DNA of 64,000 bases from Mobula hypostoma (GCF_963921235.1 NC_086097.1:140308001-140372000), one strand, 5' to 3'; counted from the stretch's first letter, positions 12,510 through 25,310 are shown. Numbers and translations are program-made. The notes: generated by a model not told the origin, from the letters alone.

Positions 12510-12718
12510 TGACATCTATAAAGTGCCTTATGTTCCTGTGATATCCCAAAATGACTGACAACCCATGAATCACTTTGAAAATGAGGTTATCAAGGAGTGG
12601 ACAAAAATAGTCAATTTGGTGACAGTGGGAATGACAAAGTCCGAATGACTCTGTTCACAATTCTTGGCTGTGTTTGAAAAAATGATTGCTGCCCAGAACT
12701 ATAAAAACTCTTCTTGAG
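12510..12718 (-). mobile_element. Deu-domain SINE (SacSINE1/AmnSINE1-like), first part; split by CR1 pair
   Basis: 'tataaagtgcctta...tcccaaaatg...atgaatcactttgaaa' resembles the reverse complement of the DeuSINE 3' region. This is recognition from memory and the copy is diverged. Confidence 0.5.
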
Positions 12719-13680
12719 TTTTATAAATGACCTGGATGAGGAAGTGCAAGGATAGGTTAGTAAATTTGCTGATGACACAAAGGTTGGGGGTGCTGTGGAT
12801 AGTGTGGAGGGATGTCAGAGGTTACAGCAGGACATTGATAAGATGCAAAACTGGGCTGAGAAGTGGCAGATAGGGTTCAACCCAGATACGTGTGAGGTGG
12901 TTCACTTTGGTAGGTCAAATATGATGGCAGAATATAGTATTAGTGGTAAGACTCTTGGCAGTGTGCAGGATCAGAGGGATCTTGGGGTCCGAGTCCATAG
13001 GACTCTCAAAGCTGCTGCTCAAGTTGATTGTGTGGTTGAGCAGGCATACAGTGCATTCGCCTTCATCAACTGTGGGATTGAGTTCAAGAGCTGAGAGGTA
13101 ATGTTACAGCTATATAGGACCCTGGTCAGACCCCACTTGGACTACTGTGCTCAGTTCTGGTCACCTCACTACAGGAAGGATGTGGAAGCCATAGAAAGGG
13201 TGCAGAGGAGATTTACAAGGATGTTGCCTGGATTGGGGAGCATGCCTTATGAGCATAGGTTGAGTGAACTCGGCCTTTTTTCCTTGCAGCGACGGAGGGT
13301 GAGAGGTGACCTGATAGGTGTATAAGATGATGAGAGGCATTGATCGTGTGGATAGTCAGAGGCTTTTTCCCAGGGCTGAAATAGCTAGCACGAGAGAGGG
13401 CACAGTTTTAAGGTGCTTGAAAGTAGGTACAGAGGAAATGTCAGAGGTAAGTTTTTTCTTCTGCAGAGTGGTGAGTGCGTGGAATGGGCTGCCGGCAATG
13501 CTGGTGGAGGCGGATACGATCGGGTCTTTTAAGAAACTCCTGGACAGGTACATAGAGCTCAGAAAAATAGAGGGTTATGGGTAACCCTAGGTAATTTCTC
13601 AGGTAAGGACATGTTCGGCACAGCTTTGTGGGCCGAAGGGTCTGTATTGTGCTGTAGGTTTTCTATATTCCTATGTTTTT
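12719..13680 (+). mobile_element. CR1 LINE, 5'-truncated
   Basis: RT C-terminal region (KFADDTK, AEKWQ, LVRPHLDYCAQFWSPHY) and a 'ctatgttt'-like tail. It is a diverged paralog of 16779-17697. Confidence 0.92.
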
Positions 13681-13812
13681 CTATAGATCAGCATTCGGAG
13701 CGGGCAGCGGAGTGAGAGGCAGCAGAGTGATAGGGCTTTGGCTCAACAGGCTTAGGCAGTAATGGGAACAGTCGAGTAGGTTTACTGGTGTTATTTGTGG
13801 AAAGGAGGAAGT

Positions 13813-14741
13813 ATGTGTATGAGGCCAGTTTTCTGTGCTTGGTGTCAGATGTGGGAGGTCCTGGAGTCTCCCAGCCTCCCGGACAGCCATATCTGCACCA
13901 GGTGTGTCAAGCTGCAGCTCCTAAGGGACCAAGTTAGGGAACTGGAGATGCAGCTCGATGACCTTCGCCTGGTCAGGGAGAATGAGGAGGGGATAGAAAG
14001 GAGTTATAGGCAGGTGGTCACACCGGGGCCATGGGAGACAGACAAGTGGGTCATAGTGAGGAGGGGGAAGGGGAAGAGTCACATACTAGAGAGTACCTCT
14101 GTGGCTGTACCCCTTGACAATAAGTACACCTGTTTGAGTACTGTTGGGGGAGGGGACAGCCTACCTGGGGGAAGCAACAGTGGCCGTGCCTCTGGCACAG
14201 AGTCTGGCTCTGTGGCTCAGAAGGGTAGGGAAAGGAAGAGGAAGGCAGTAGTGATAGGGGACTCTATAGTCAGGGGGTCAGACAGGCGATTCTGTGGACG
14301 TAGGAAAGAAACTCGGATGGTAGTTTGCCTCCCAGGTGCCAGGGTCCGGGATGTTTCAGATCGCGTCCACCATATCCTCCAGTGGGAGGGAGAACAGCCA
14401 GAGGTTATGGTACATATTGGTACCAATGACATAGGTAGGAAAAGGGAAGAGGTCCTAAAAACAGACTACAGGGAGTTAGGAAGGAAGTTGAGAAGCAGGA
14501 CTGCAAAGGTAGTACTGCCTGTGCCATGTGACAGTGAGAATAGGAATAGAATGAGGTGCAGGATAAATGCGTGGCTGAGGGATTGGAGCAGGGGGGCAGG
14601 GATTCAGATTTCTGGATCATTGGGACCTCTTCTGGGACAGGTATGACCTGTACAAAAAAGGACGGGTTGCACTTGAATCCCAGGGGTACTAATATCCTGG
14701 CGGGGAGGTTTGCTAAGGCTACAGGGGAGAGTTTAAACTAG
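13813..14741 (+). pseudogene. CR1 ORF1: zinc finger + coiled coil + SGNH/GDSL esterase (frameshifted)
   Basis: CAWC..CTRC cysteine pairs, a heptad segment LRDQVRELEMQLDDL, and esterase blocks VIGDS, HIGTND and DGLHLN. There is a frameshift near 14590. Confidence 0.9.
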
Positions 14742-14842
14742 AATTGTTGGAGGGTGGGTACTGAACTGAAGAGACTGAGGAAGAGGCCGTTGGCTCACAA
14801 ATAGAGAAAGCTTGTAGACAGTGCGAGAGGGAGGATAGGTGG

Positions 14843-17636
14843 GTGATAGAGAAGGGACGCGCTCAGACCGAAGGTTTGAGATGCGTCTATTTTAACGCGA
14901 GTGTTGTGAACAAAGTGGATAAGCTTAGAGTGCGGATCAGTACCTGGAGATATGATATGGTGGCCATTACAGAGACTTGGATGGTTCAGGGACAGGAATG
15001 GTTACTTCAAGTGCCGGGTTTTAGATGTTTCAGAAAGGACAGAGAGGGAGGCAAGAGAGGTGGGGGCGTGGCACTGTTGATCAGGGATAGTGTCATGGCT
15101 GCAGAAAAGGTGGATGCCATGGAGGGATTGTCTACAGAGTCTCTGTGGGTGGAGGTTAGGAACACGAAGGGATCAATAACCTTACTGGGTGTTTTTTATA
15201 GGCCGCCAGTAGTAATAGGGATATCGAGGAGCAGATGGGGAAACAGATCCTGGAAAGGTGTAATAATAACAGAGTTGTCGTGAAGGGAGATTTTAATTTC
15301 CCAAATATCAATTGGCATCTCCCTAGAGCAAGGGGTTTAGATGGGGTGGCATCTGTTAGGTGTGTTCAGGAAGGTTTCTTGACACAATATGTAGATAAGC
15401 CTACAAGAGGAGAGGTTGTATTTGATTTGGTATTGGGAAATGAACCTGGTCAGGTGTCAGATCTCTCAGTGGGAGAGCATTTTGGAGATAGTGATCACAT
15501 TTCTATCTCCTTTACAATAGCATTGGATAGAGATAGGAACAGACAAGGTAGAAAAGCGTTTAATTGGTGTAAGAGGAATTCTGAGGCTATCAGGCTGGAA
15601 ATTGGAAGCTTAAACTGGAAACAGATGTTCTCAGGGAAAAGTACGGAAGAAATGTGGCAGATGTTCAGTGGATATTTATGTGGAGTTCTGCATAGGTACG
15701 TTCCAACGAGACAGGGAGAGGATGGTACGGTACAGGAACCGTGGTGTACAAAGGCTGTAATAAATCTAGACAAGAAGAAAAGAGAAGCTTCCAAAAGGTT
15801 CATAGAGCTAGGTAATGTTAGAGATCTAGAAGATTATAAGGCTAATAGGAAGGAGCTTAAGAAGGAAATTAGGAGAGCCAAAAAGGGCCATGAGAAGGCC
15901 TTGGTCAGCAGGATTAAGGAAAACCCCAAGGCATTCTACAAGTATGTGAAGAGCAAGAGGATAAGACCTGAGAGAATAGGACCTATCAAGGGTGACAGTG
16001 GGAAAGTATGTATGGAACCGAAGGAAATAGCAGAGGTACTTAATGAGTACTTTACTTCAGTATTCACTGTGGAAAAGGATCTTGGTGATTGTAGTCATGA
16101 CTTGCAGCAGACTGAAAAGCTTGAGCATGTAGATATTGGAAAAGAGGATGTGCTGGAGCTTTTGGAAAGCAACAAGTTGGATAAGTCACCGGGACCAGAT
16201 GAGATGTACCCCAGGCTACTGTGGGAGGCGAAGGAGGAGATTGCTGAGACTCTGGCGATGATCTTTGCATCATCAATGGAGACGGAAGAGGTTCCAGAGA
16301 ATTGGAGGGTTGCAGATGTTGTTCCCTTATTCAAGAAAGGGAGTAGAGATAGACCAGTGAGTCTTAGCTCAGTGGTTGGTAAATTGATGGAGAAGATCCT
16401 GAGAGGCAGGATTTATGAACATTTGGACAGGCATAATATGATTATGAACAGTCAGCATGGCTTTGTCAAGGGCAGGTTGTGCCTTACGAGCCTGATTGAA
16501 TTTTTTGAGGATATAACTAAACATTGATGAAGGAAGAGCAGTAGATAGTAGATGTAGTGTATATGGATTTCAGCAAGGCATTTGATAAGGTACCCCATGC
16601 AAGGCTTATTGAGAAATTAAGGAAGCATGGGATCCAAGGGGACATTGCTTTGTGGATCCAGAACTGGCTTGCCCACAGAAGGCAAAGAGTGGTTGTAGAT
16701 GTGTCATATTCTGCATGGAGGTCGGTGACCAGTGGAGTGCCTCAGGGATCTGCTCTGGGACCCTTACTCTTCGTGTTTTTTTTATAAATGACCTGGATGA
16801 GGAAGTGGAGGGATGGGTTAGTAAATTTGCTAATAACACAAAAGTTGGAGGTGTTGTGGATAGTGTGGAGGGCTGTCAGAGGTTACAGCGGGACATTGAT
16901 AGGATGCAAAACTGGGCTGAGAAGTGGCAGATGGAGTTCAACCCAGATAAGTGTGAAGTGGTTCATTTTGGTAGGTCAAATATGATGGCAGAATATAGTA
17001 TTAACGGTAAGACTCTTGGCTATGTGGAGGATCAGAGGGATCTTGGGGTCCCAGTCCATAGGACGTTCAAAGCAGCTGCGCAGGTTGACTCTGTGGTTAA
17101 GAAGGCATACGGTGTATTGGCCTTCATCAATCATGGAATTGAATTTAGGAGCCGAGAGGCAATGTTGCAGCTATATAGGACCCTGGTCAGACCCCACTTG
17201 GAGTACTGGGCTCAGTTGTGGTCGCCTCACTACAGGGAGGATGTGGAAGCCATAGAAAGAGTGCAAAGGAGATTTACAAGGATGTTGCCTGGATTGGGGA
17301 GCATATCTTATGAGAATAGGTTGAGTGAACTCGGCCTTTTCTCCTTGGAGCAATGGAGGATGAGAGGTAACCTGATAGAGGTGTATAAGACGATGAGAGG
17401 TATTGATCGTGTGGATAGTCAGAGACTTTTTCCAGGGCTGAAATGGTTGCCATAAGAGGACACAGGTTTAAGGTGCTGGTTAGTAGGTACAGAGGAGATG
17501 TCAGGGGTAAGTTTTTTACTCAGAGTGGTGACTGCGTGGAATGGGCTGCCGGCAACAGTGGTGGAACTGGATACGATAGGGTCTTTTAAGAGATATTTGG
17601 ATAGGTACATGGAGCTTAGAAAAATAGAGAGCTGAA
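14843..17636 (+). pseudogene. CR1 ORF2: AP endonuclease + reverse transcriptase (disrupted)
   Basis: APE motifs ITETW, GDFNFP, DLVL and SDH; RT motifs YMDFSKAFDKVPH and GVPQGS. The catalytic FADD is mutated to FANN, and the ORF is split over several frames. Confidence 0.92.
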
Positions 17637-17697
17637 GGTAAGCCTAGTAATTTCTAAGGTAGGGACATGTTCGGCACAACTTTGTTTTCTGTTTCTA

Positions 17698-17830
17698 TCA
17701 AATAATGTAAGAGAACGTTTAGTGCCAGATGACCAGCCTCCATGTTCATTATTATAGTCTTAAGATTACAGCTCTAGCACTGCAGCCTTTGCTTTGAAGT
17801 GTCAGACTAGATTGCACCAATTCCTATACC
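17698..17830 (-). mobile_element. Deu-domain SINE, second part
   Basis: 'tcaaataatg...cactgcagc...gaagtgtcagactagatt' looks like the continuation of the 12510-12718 element. Confidence 0.45.
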
Positions 17831-17838
17831 AAACCCAA

Positions 17839-17860
17839 CCTTCCTTCCTTCCTTCCTTCC
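17839..17860. repeat. (CCTT)n microsatellite
   Basis: ccttccttccttccttccttcc. Confidence 0.85.
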
Positions 17861-19423
17861 ATGGATTGAAGCAGACTTCAGATGTAGTTAGTTATTTCAG
17901 AACCCATATTGGATAGGGAATTTCATTTTTAGTTCCCAGCGTGAAACAACAGGTACTACGACTTGTAACCAAATGGGAACAAAATCATGTTCTACCGACA
18001 CTATGCATGCATGAAGATACGTTCCCAATGTGGTTTGAGAACGAACTTGGAGCTCGTATAAATAAAAATGGTGGTGCTAACAGTGTCAGTTCTTTGTTTT
18101 GTCAGGTAGTTTTTGCAATGTGATGAGCTAGTATCTTATTGAATGTGAATGGACTAAATATTAATTTCTGAGTGATATTTTGAGGGTAAAACTCTATTAA
18201 CTGTTAGTGTTGAAATATACCATTTGTACAGTATCACTGTCAGAGAACAAATTCAGACACAGGCTCCTCCTTGGAAATACAAGCAGCATTATTGTGGTGA
18301 AGAGAGAAAGTACATATTGAAAGGCAACTACATGTCCTCCTTCACAGTCCTGAGTTCAGAACATGTGTCCAAAAGGCTCACAATCTTTCACAAGCTGTGA
18401 ATCTAGAATATCTCCCCAAATACCTCCCTGCTCCACCTTAGTAGAAGAAAATCAGTCCTGATACATAAATGATGCACTATGAATATCATTACATCACAAC
18501 AGTAATCCATATATTCCATACAGTCAACAACAGAACATGTCAGCAGGCAGGAAGTTGCCAAAGCACCACTCAGTTAAGAACCTGCTTAGACTAACTGTTG
18601 GATCAATTTCTATCACATGAAACTCTGCCCATTTCCTATTTTCATTGAGTTTGATGTAACAGTAGTATTCATTATTCCATGTAAACTAACCCTCGCAGTA
18701 ACAAAAAAGAAATTGGAAAGACAAATACCCAACTAGTCAACAACGTGGTCAACCACTCTTTAATTGACTTTGATAATTCAATTTAAAGGAATACTTAGAA
18801 AATAAATCAATACTGCAGATGCTAAAAAACAAAATAAAATCAGAAAATGCTCAAAAAACTCAGCACCTGTGAAAAGAAAAACTTGAGCCTAATTTATCAT
18901 TGTACTCTACAGTCCTCCTATGCACACACCCTGATGGTTTCTTTATGATTGCTGGTGATTTCAACCATGCAAATTTAAAAACAGCCCTGCCTAAATTCTA
19001 TCAGCATGTTGACTTTGCTACTAAAGGTAAGAACACATTAGACCTTGTTTATAGCAACAACCCTGGTACATTCAAAACTGCTCCCCGCCCCCACCTCAGA
19101 TATACTGACCATTGTTCTGTTATGTTAATTCCTGCATACAGATCAATGATTAAACAAGTTAAACCAGTTCAAAGGGAGATTCAAAATCTGACCAGAAGGA
19201 GAAACCTCATCATGGTGGGACTGTTTTGAAAACATGGCCTGGAGCATGTTCAGGAGGCGGCTACCTATGACCATCACAGTAACATTGATGAATATGTGAG
19301 ATCTATGATTGGCTATACAGAGAAATGCATTGAGGACACCACCATTATTAATACATCTATGTGAGGGAAACTCAGAAGTCACGGCTGACAGCAGAGGTCT
19401 GTGCACAGCTAAGATATAGCGAT

Positions 19424-19608
19424 CAAACAATACACATCACAGTTGCTGGTGAACGCAGCAGGCCAGGCAGCATCTCTAGGAAGGGTCTCGGCCCGAAACG
19501 TCGACTGCACCTCTTCCTAGAGATGCTGCCTAGCCTGCTGCATTCACTAGCAACTTTGATGTGTGTTGCTTGAATTTCCAGCATCTGCAGAATTCCTTGT
19601 GTTTACGT
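19424..19608. mobile_element. Fold-back Penelope pLTR mini-insert
   Basis: Inverted arms ('gttgctggtgaacgcagcaggccaggcagcatctctagg' and its reverse complement). Flanked by taagatatagcgat (19410-19423) and taagatatagggat (19609-19622). Confidence 0.85.
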
Positions 19609-19949
19609 TAAGATATAGGGATGCCGCTTTCAGACTGGGGGCTTAAACTGCTCTCAGGTCAACAAGAGCTGTGTTTTCCCATGTCACCAAGAAGACAAAA
19701 CAGGATTATTCACCGAGAGTATACAGGTATTTCTGTGACACCAGAGGTGCATGTGACAGGACATTCAGACCATAATAGGCTACAAGTCCAGCCTGCGCAT
19801 CAAAGACAATGTCGCCTCTCTTCCTGATAGGCTGATTGTATTTTACACTCAGTTTGATGCACAGAACGATGTGCCAGTGAGGAAGGCCCCCACTCCCCCT
19901 GAGGAGCAGGCACTCTGTCTGAACGCAGCTGATCTGAGGAAGACCCTAG

Positions 19950-20617
19950 TGTATTGGAGGGGCCGTGACTGTCACGTGACAGCACTGTCCATTTACCTGG
20001 TCGAAAGACACGCCACCTGCTAATCAAGGATTGATCCCTCCTCGCCCATCAGTGCACACCTAACCCCACTGGCCCCTTTAATTAGCCTTGTACTTGACCT
20101 CGGGCAATTGGCCTTTGTAATCAGCTTAACCCTGCTGGCACCGAGCCATTGGCTTCCCTGTGAATCACCTGGGCTGGACTCATCAGCCCTGCTGCACTAT
20201 AAAGGAAGCCACGTGTTCTTGACTCTTTCTCTTTTTTGCTACCTCCGAGGGATCACCCCGCCACTGGTGAGTTGTGCATTGAATAGGGTTAGGGGTATGG
20301 GTATCGTCCCTAATATCATAAGAGCTGAGCCCACACAGAGTCAAGGGTGTCGGGTATCGTATTGACTTTTCCCTTGGGTGGGGGGGGAGGGTGTGTGTGT
20401 GTGTATATATATACGCACGCATACTTTATTCCCAAGTGATTTTATTAATTGTCCGAGTGTGTTCTATTGCTGATCCAACTACTGTAAATTGTATGCATGT
20501 TGCTTCTGTTGCCATTTTCTCACATTTGCCTTCTGTAAATAAAATCTTTTACTATCAAGACTGTGTCCAGAGTCCTCGCCTTTGACACCTATCGAATCTG
20601 TTTCCTTACTTACAACA
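19950..20617 (+). mobile_element. Solo LTR
   Basis: TGT...ACA termini and a 5-bp TSD CCTAG (19945-19949, 20618-20622). TATAAA at 20198 and AATAAA at 20538. The host LINE is continuous when the insert is removed. Confidence 0.85.
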
Positions 20618-22896
20618 CCTAGTCAGGGCCAACCCATGTAAAGTTGTTAGGCCTGATATACCTGGTCAGGTGCTGAGGGACATATCAGACCAGTTAAAAG
20701 AGGTTGTAATAGATATCCTCAGCATCGCTCTGGAACAGCCCACTGTCTACAAGGGATTGTGAGGACTGCTGAGAGGATCATCAAGGTCTCTCTTCTACTC
20801 ATCAGAGCGAATTATTTGCAGCATTGCATACCTAGGGCCCTTAACATTGTCAATGATTCCTCCTATCCATCCAACAATCTCTTTGACAATCTCTTTGTCC
20901 TAGGATTAGGACAAGACAAGAACTGTTAGAATGGGACTTAAGACTACTGAACTCCCTGCCACTTCACAGGCCTCATCACATATGAAGTGCCAGTACTGTT
21001 GAATTTATAACTTGTGTCATAAATACCCCACTTGATTCATTAACTTAATTTATTTGTGGTAATAGTACTTTATGTGTTGAGTGTGCGAGTTATGTGTGAC
21101 TGTGCTGTGCACCTTGTTCTGGAGGAATTTTGTTTCCTTTGGCAGTATGCATTTGTACAATTGAATGACAACTAATTGGACTTGAACTTGATCTGAGAAT
21201 TTAGACTTACATGGTAAAAAAGAATTCCTATAATCCCTACCCAAAATGGAGTTTGCTAATTCTGAACCAGCTCAGTGGCATCTAAGAGAAGATGATATGA
21301 CTGTGTCATCTGAGCTCTCAGCCCCAGTTGGAATTTTGTCATATTTATTCTGTCTAAACAAATACATTTAAGAAATAATTCCCCTTCCTATCAATAAACT
21401 AAGAATTATTTCTCTTTCCATTACATTTCTTTTGCACTGGTGAGGAAGAAAGGGTTAGAATTTATTTTCTACTTCAACATTTTTCAGTTCACTCCCATTG
21501 TTTGAAGACAGAGGCTCTGTATCACAATCCATGATACTATATCCCAAAGCAGCTGATAATTCTTCCACATGGCCAGTTTCACTGCATGCTTAGCACTGAC
21601 CACCATGATACTATCCTATCGGGGGAGAAATCCTTTGCTCGGATTTGGATGAAATACGGAACTGGACAAGCATCTGAAGCAAAAACCTGACTGATTGTTA
21701 ATGCCTTCTACACCAGAAAACAGATGTAGCTGCAGCTGTAGTAATGACCTCCTATGGCTGTATGAGGGGAATAAGCATTTGAATGGTGTATTAAAAAGTT
21801 GAATCATCTTAAATTTATAGTGTACAAGCTCCCATTTGTTCAAATAATTTGCAATTACTATCAGAACACGTAGGTCTGCTGACTAGAACTTCTTCTATGA
21901 AGACTTACTCAGTCCCCTCAATCAGCACTGCAGTCTGTACTATCTACTGGATGCACTGCAGCATCTCACCAAGTTTATATCCTCAAAACATCTACCATCA
22001 GGAGGACAGAAGCAGTGAGTCAAACAGAATGTCAACAAACAGGTCATCCACCTTCTAACAGACAAGGGTGCTGTTCCTTTGCCGTTATCAAATTGCCCCA
22101 AGCAGCATCACCACGTTAGCCAATCAGTTCAAGGGAAAATGCCCCACAGCATACTAATAGGGCACTGGAGTCATGTCGGAAAAGTTTGGTGTTACTCCTG
22201 CTAGTCACTTCTTAAGAACAAGTAAAATAATGTGACAATTTTCACACTGCAGGAACTACTTTATAAGATTGATGAAAAGATATCAATTTTTACTGCTGAT
22301 TGGAGGAAGAATATTGTCTGCTTAGTTCACTGCTATGCCTTATCCTGTTGCACTCTTCAGAACACTGCAATAATCCAATGACGTGGATGAGGCCTTCTGC
22401 ACAGTTAACAACTGTAACAGATTGAATAAAAGGATAAACAGGATTTGCGTAAGTTATGAAAGATAACTCTCTCCAAGGATGAAGAGGAAAATATGAGCTG
22501 ACATTTTACAATAAAACTGCATTTATGAAAAGAATTTGGCTGAAACTACTCCAGACTGACAAACGTGCCACGTATATGTGCAGAATTTATTTTCAAGCAA
22601 AGATGACAGAAGACAAGAACTTTGCAATAAGGAAGCGGAAAGATAGGGACTTCAATCTTAATCAGCAAGAATCTGCTACTTCACTGGACATGGATTAAAT
22701 GTACAAGCAGCACATGTGGTCAAAACTTTGCAGAGATCAATCACTCATTGACAAATCTGTCCTGCGGAGAGACAACTAATTTAGAGTAAATGCTTTTGTG
22801 AAAAGACAAATACAAAGGAGGAAAAAAAATGTCCATTAAACTAGCACCAAACACTTGTTCAATACAATGAAAGTAAGATACTAGTGTTGGCTAGAG

Positions 22897-23228
22897 ATGG
22901 CACAGTGGTGCAGCCAGTCGATTCACTGCCTCACAGTTCCAGATACCAGGTTCAATCTTGACCTCAAGTTCTGTCTATGTGGAGATTGCACATTCCCCCT
23001 CTGGGAGCTCTGCTCTCCTCATCAGATTCCACATATGCGAGAGTTGTGGGGTAATTGTCTGTTGTAAATTGCCCCATGTGTGCAGATGAGTTGTACAATT
23101 TGGGGAGGCAGTTAATGGAATGTCGGGAAAATAAATATTGGGGCACGATGACAGCAAATGGTTGGCTGATGGTCAACAGGACCCTGTGGGCTGAAGAAAC
23201 TGTTTTCATTTTGTATCTCTCTAGGACT
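22897..23228 (+). mobile_element. tRNA-derived V-SINE/HE1-like SINE
   Basis: A box-like 'tggcacagtggtgcag', B box-like 'ggttcaatct', core 'ctgtctatgtggagattgcacattc', and CR1-like tail 'gggctgaagaaactgtttt'. Confidence 0.7.
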
Positions 23229-25169
23229 GCATAGTGTATTGTCTACAGTTCTGGAAGAATACAACTGCACTGGAGAGTGAAGAAGAGATTCATCATGATA
23301 TTGCCTGGAAAGAAGGACTATAGTTATAGACAGAGACTGGATAGGTTGAGCTTGTTTATCCTGGAGTGAAAGAGGCTACAAGCAGTACTACAAGTAATAT
23401 CAAAACACTGGTGTAAAGTTGATATCCAAGACAACTGGAGCTGCATACAGGCAATCCCCAGTTTATGATAGGATTCCATTCCTGAGAGTTACTCATAAGC
23501 TAAATTTTTTGTAAGTTGGATATGAACAGCAATGTTGTGTGGGTAAGAACCACACAAACAGCTGTGAAGGGATAATGTGCCAACACGTGAAAAGTGGCGT
23601 CCAGCCAGCCTCACTGACTTAGTGAGCCAGTGAATCTGCTCAACACTCTCAGCTCTTGGCACAACCCAATTTCCTATAGTTGCAGCTCAGGTGGGTAGAG
23701 GGATGGAGGGCAGAAGTGGTTGCTGGAGAAGAGGAGGCATATGGAAATGCCTTGGCTCCTCCTGCAGAAAGTGTCTGCAGCCCAGCAGCATCCAACAAAT
23801 CCATCCCTATTCACCCCACTAGTCCCCCATATGCTCATATGTGCTGGGTATCTATAATTCAGCTGTGCGTTATCTAGTGAAGATTTGTACAGCAAACTTT
23901 GTGTTCACGGTACTGAATTAATAACCCAAATGTCAAGAGTTCAAATCTCACTATGGAGTGTTATGGAAAAAATAATAAGCTGATAACTGTAGTTTAACTG
24001 AAGGCTACCAGATGACATAAACATTCAACTGGTTCAGAAATGCAAACCTACCATTCCTACCTGAGTGATCCGAACATGGTGAGTTCCAAATCATTTTGTG
24101 AATTAATGCCCTCAAGAAATGAGCAATTGCTACACACGCAATTTTCTAGAACAAATAAAAGAACATCTTTTCAATCCAATTATAGGTGGTAAAGGACTTC
24201 AGAGAAATTAAGTGTGACTGATTTTATGGAAAGCAGCAAATGCCGAAACCCATCCATCTTGTAATGCAAAATGATTTAGCATTAGATCTTTAGGTATAAT
24301 TGCATTAGTGACTGCATGCGAGCAAACTGTTGCCAATCAACAGCCAACCTACTGGAGACTGAAGCAGCAAATAACAGATAATTAAAATCCAGTTGCACAC
24401 AATACCAAGAATAGTTAATGGCAAGGTACCACAGGGAAACTTAAATGTTAAGAGGGTAAATGATTTTTTAATAAAAGTTTGGCAAGATTCAATTGTCTGA
24501 TTAGATGTTGATGTGTTCTCCTGGTTGGAATAAATTAAATTCTTTGACTGAAGAGAATCTGAACCATAAGAACACAACCAATTCCAAGCAAGAAAATAAT
24601 TCCAAACAGAATTCAAACATATCTGAATCACAAAAGTGGAAGAATAATTGAAACCATATATTCCTAACAGCAACAACCCATCTATTTGGTGGATGTGATA
24701 GATGTTGACTGGATATCAGACTTGCAAGCGAGGATTATTCTGTGAAGACAATCAAGTAAGGTGATTTTAGAAAACTTTCACACCTATAAAAGACAAACAA
24801 TTATCTGCAATGCCTTCTACAGAGTCTGCATTTACCGTAGATAGATAGTACTGCTGAAAAAAATTGTATAAAATGGCGAATTCTGACAACTAAAGTTGAT
24901 TGAAAAATAGTTAACACCTATGGTTACTGGTTTAAACAAAATTTGTTTACTATAGCTTCTATAAAATATTCACCCATGGTAACTGGTTTAAAATCTGATA
25001 TTTAGGACCTTTTGTAAAATATTGTGCAGTTGCAGAACATTATTAGCTGCAGAAAATAACATTCCTTAATGCCAGAGCCCAAACCAATAGAAAACACTTA
25101 AAATGTTATTTAATGGTTTTATTCAACCTCGAATGTTGTTGCAATTAACGGCTTCTTTCACCTCCTTTC

Positions 25170-25310
25170 CAGCTCTGACAAAGGATCTTCCACCTGAAAC
25201 AATAAGTCATAAGTCTGTTTCTATTCCCACTGATGCAGCCTGACATGCTAAATATTTGCAGCATTTTTTTTTGGTCTTACTTGAGACTTCCAGTGTCTGT
25301 AGTTTTTATT
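25170..25310 (+). mobile_element. Old degraded Penelope-like pLTR
   Basis: 'ctgacaaaggatcttccacctgaaac...gatgcagcctgacatgct...cagcattttt'. Confidence 0.55.

Larger units (their letters stand above)
13684..17697 (+). mobile_element. Near full-length CR1 LINE (5' UTR, ORF1, ORF2, 3' UTR)
   Basis: ORF1 and ORF2 are colinear with only a few frameshifts or stops. The 3' UTR is partly deleted relative to the neighbouring copy. Confidence 0.95.
18900..21192 (+). mobile_element. Rex1/Babar-type LINE, degraded and internally deleted, with two nested inserts
   Basis: APE peptide AGDFNHANLKTALPKFYQHVDFATKGKNTLDLVY, a 3' part 'gtgaggactgctgagaggatcatc', and tail 'cttgaacttga'. Confidence 0.8.

Noticed and set aside
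12719..17697. LTR retrotransposon suggested by long direct repeats
   Set aside because: The repeats are CR1 RT 3' ends with LINE tails; there are no TG..CA termini, PBS or integrase.
22897..22965. tRNA gene
   Set aside because: It is a degenerate tRNA-like SINE head followed by SINE core and LINE tail; no full cloverleaf.
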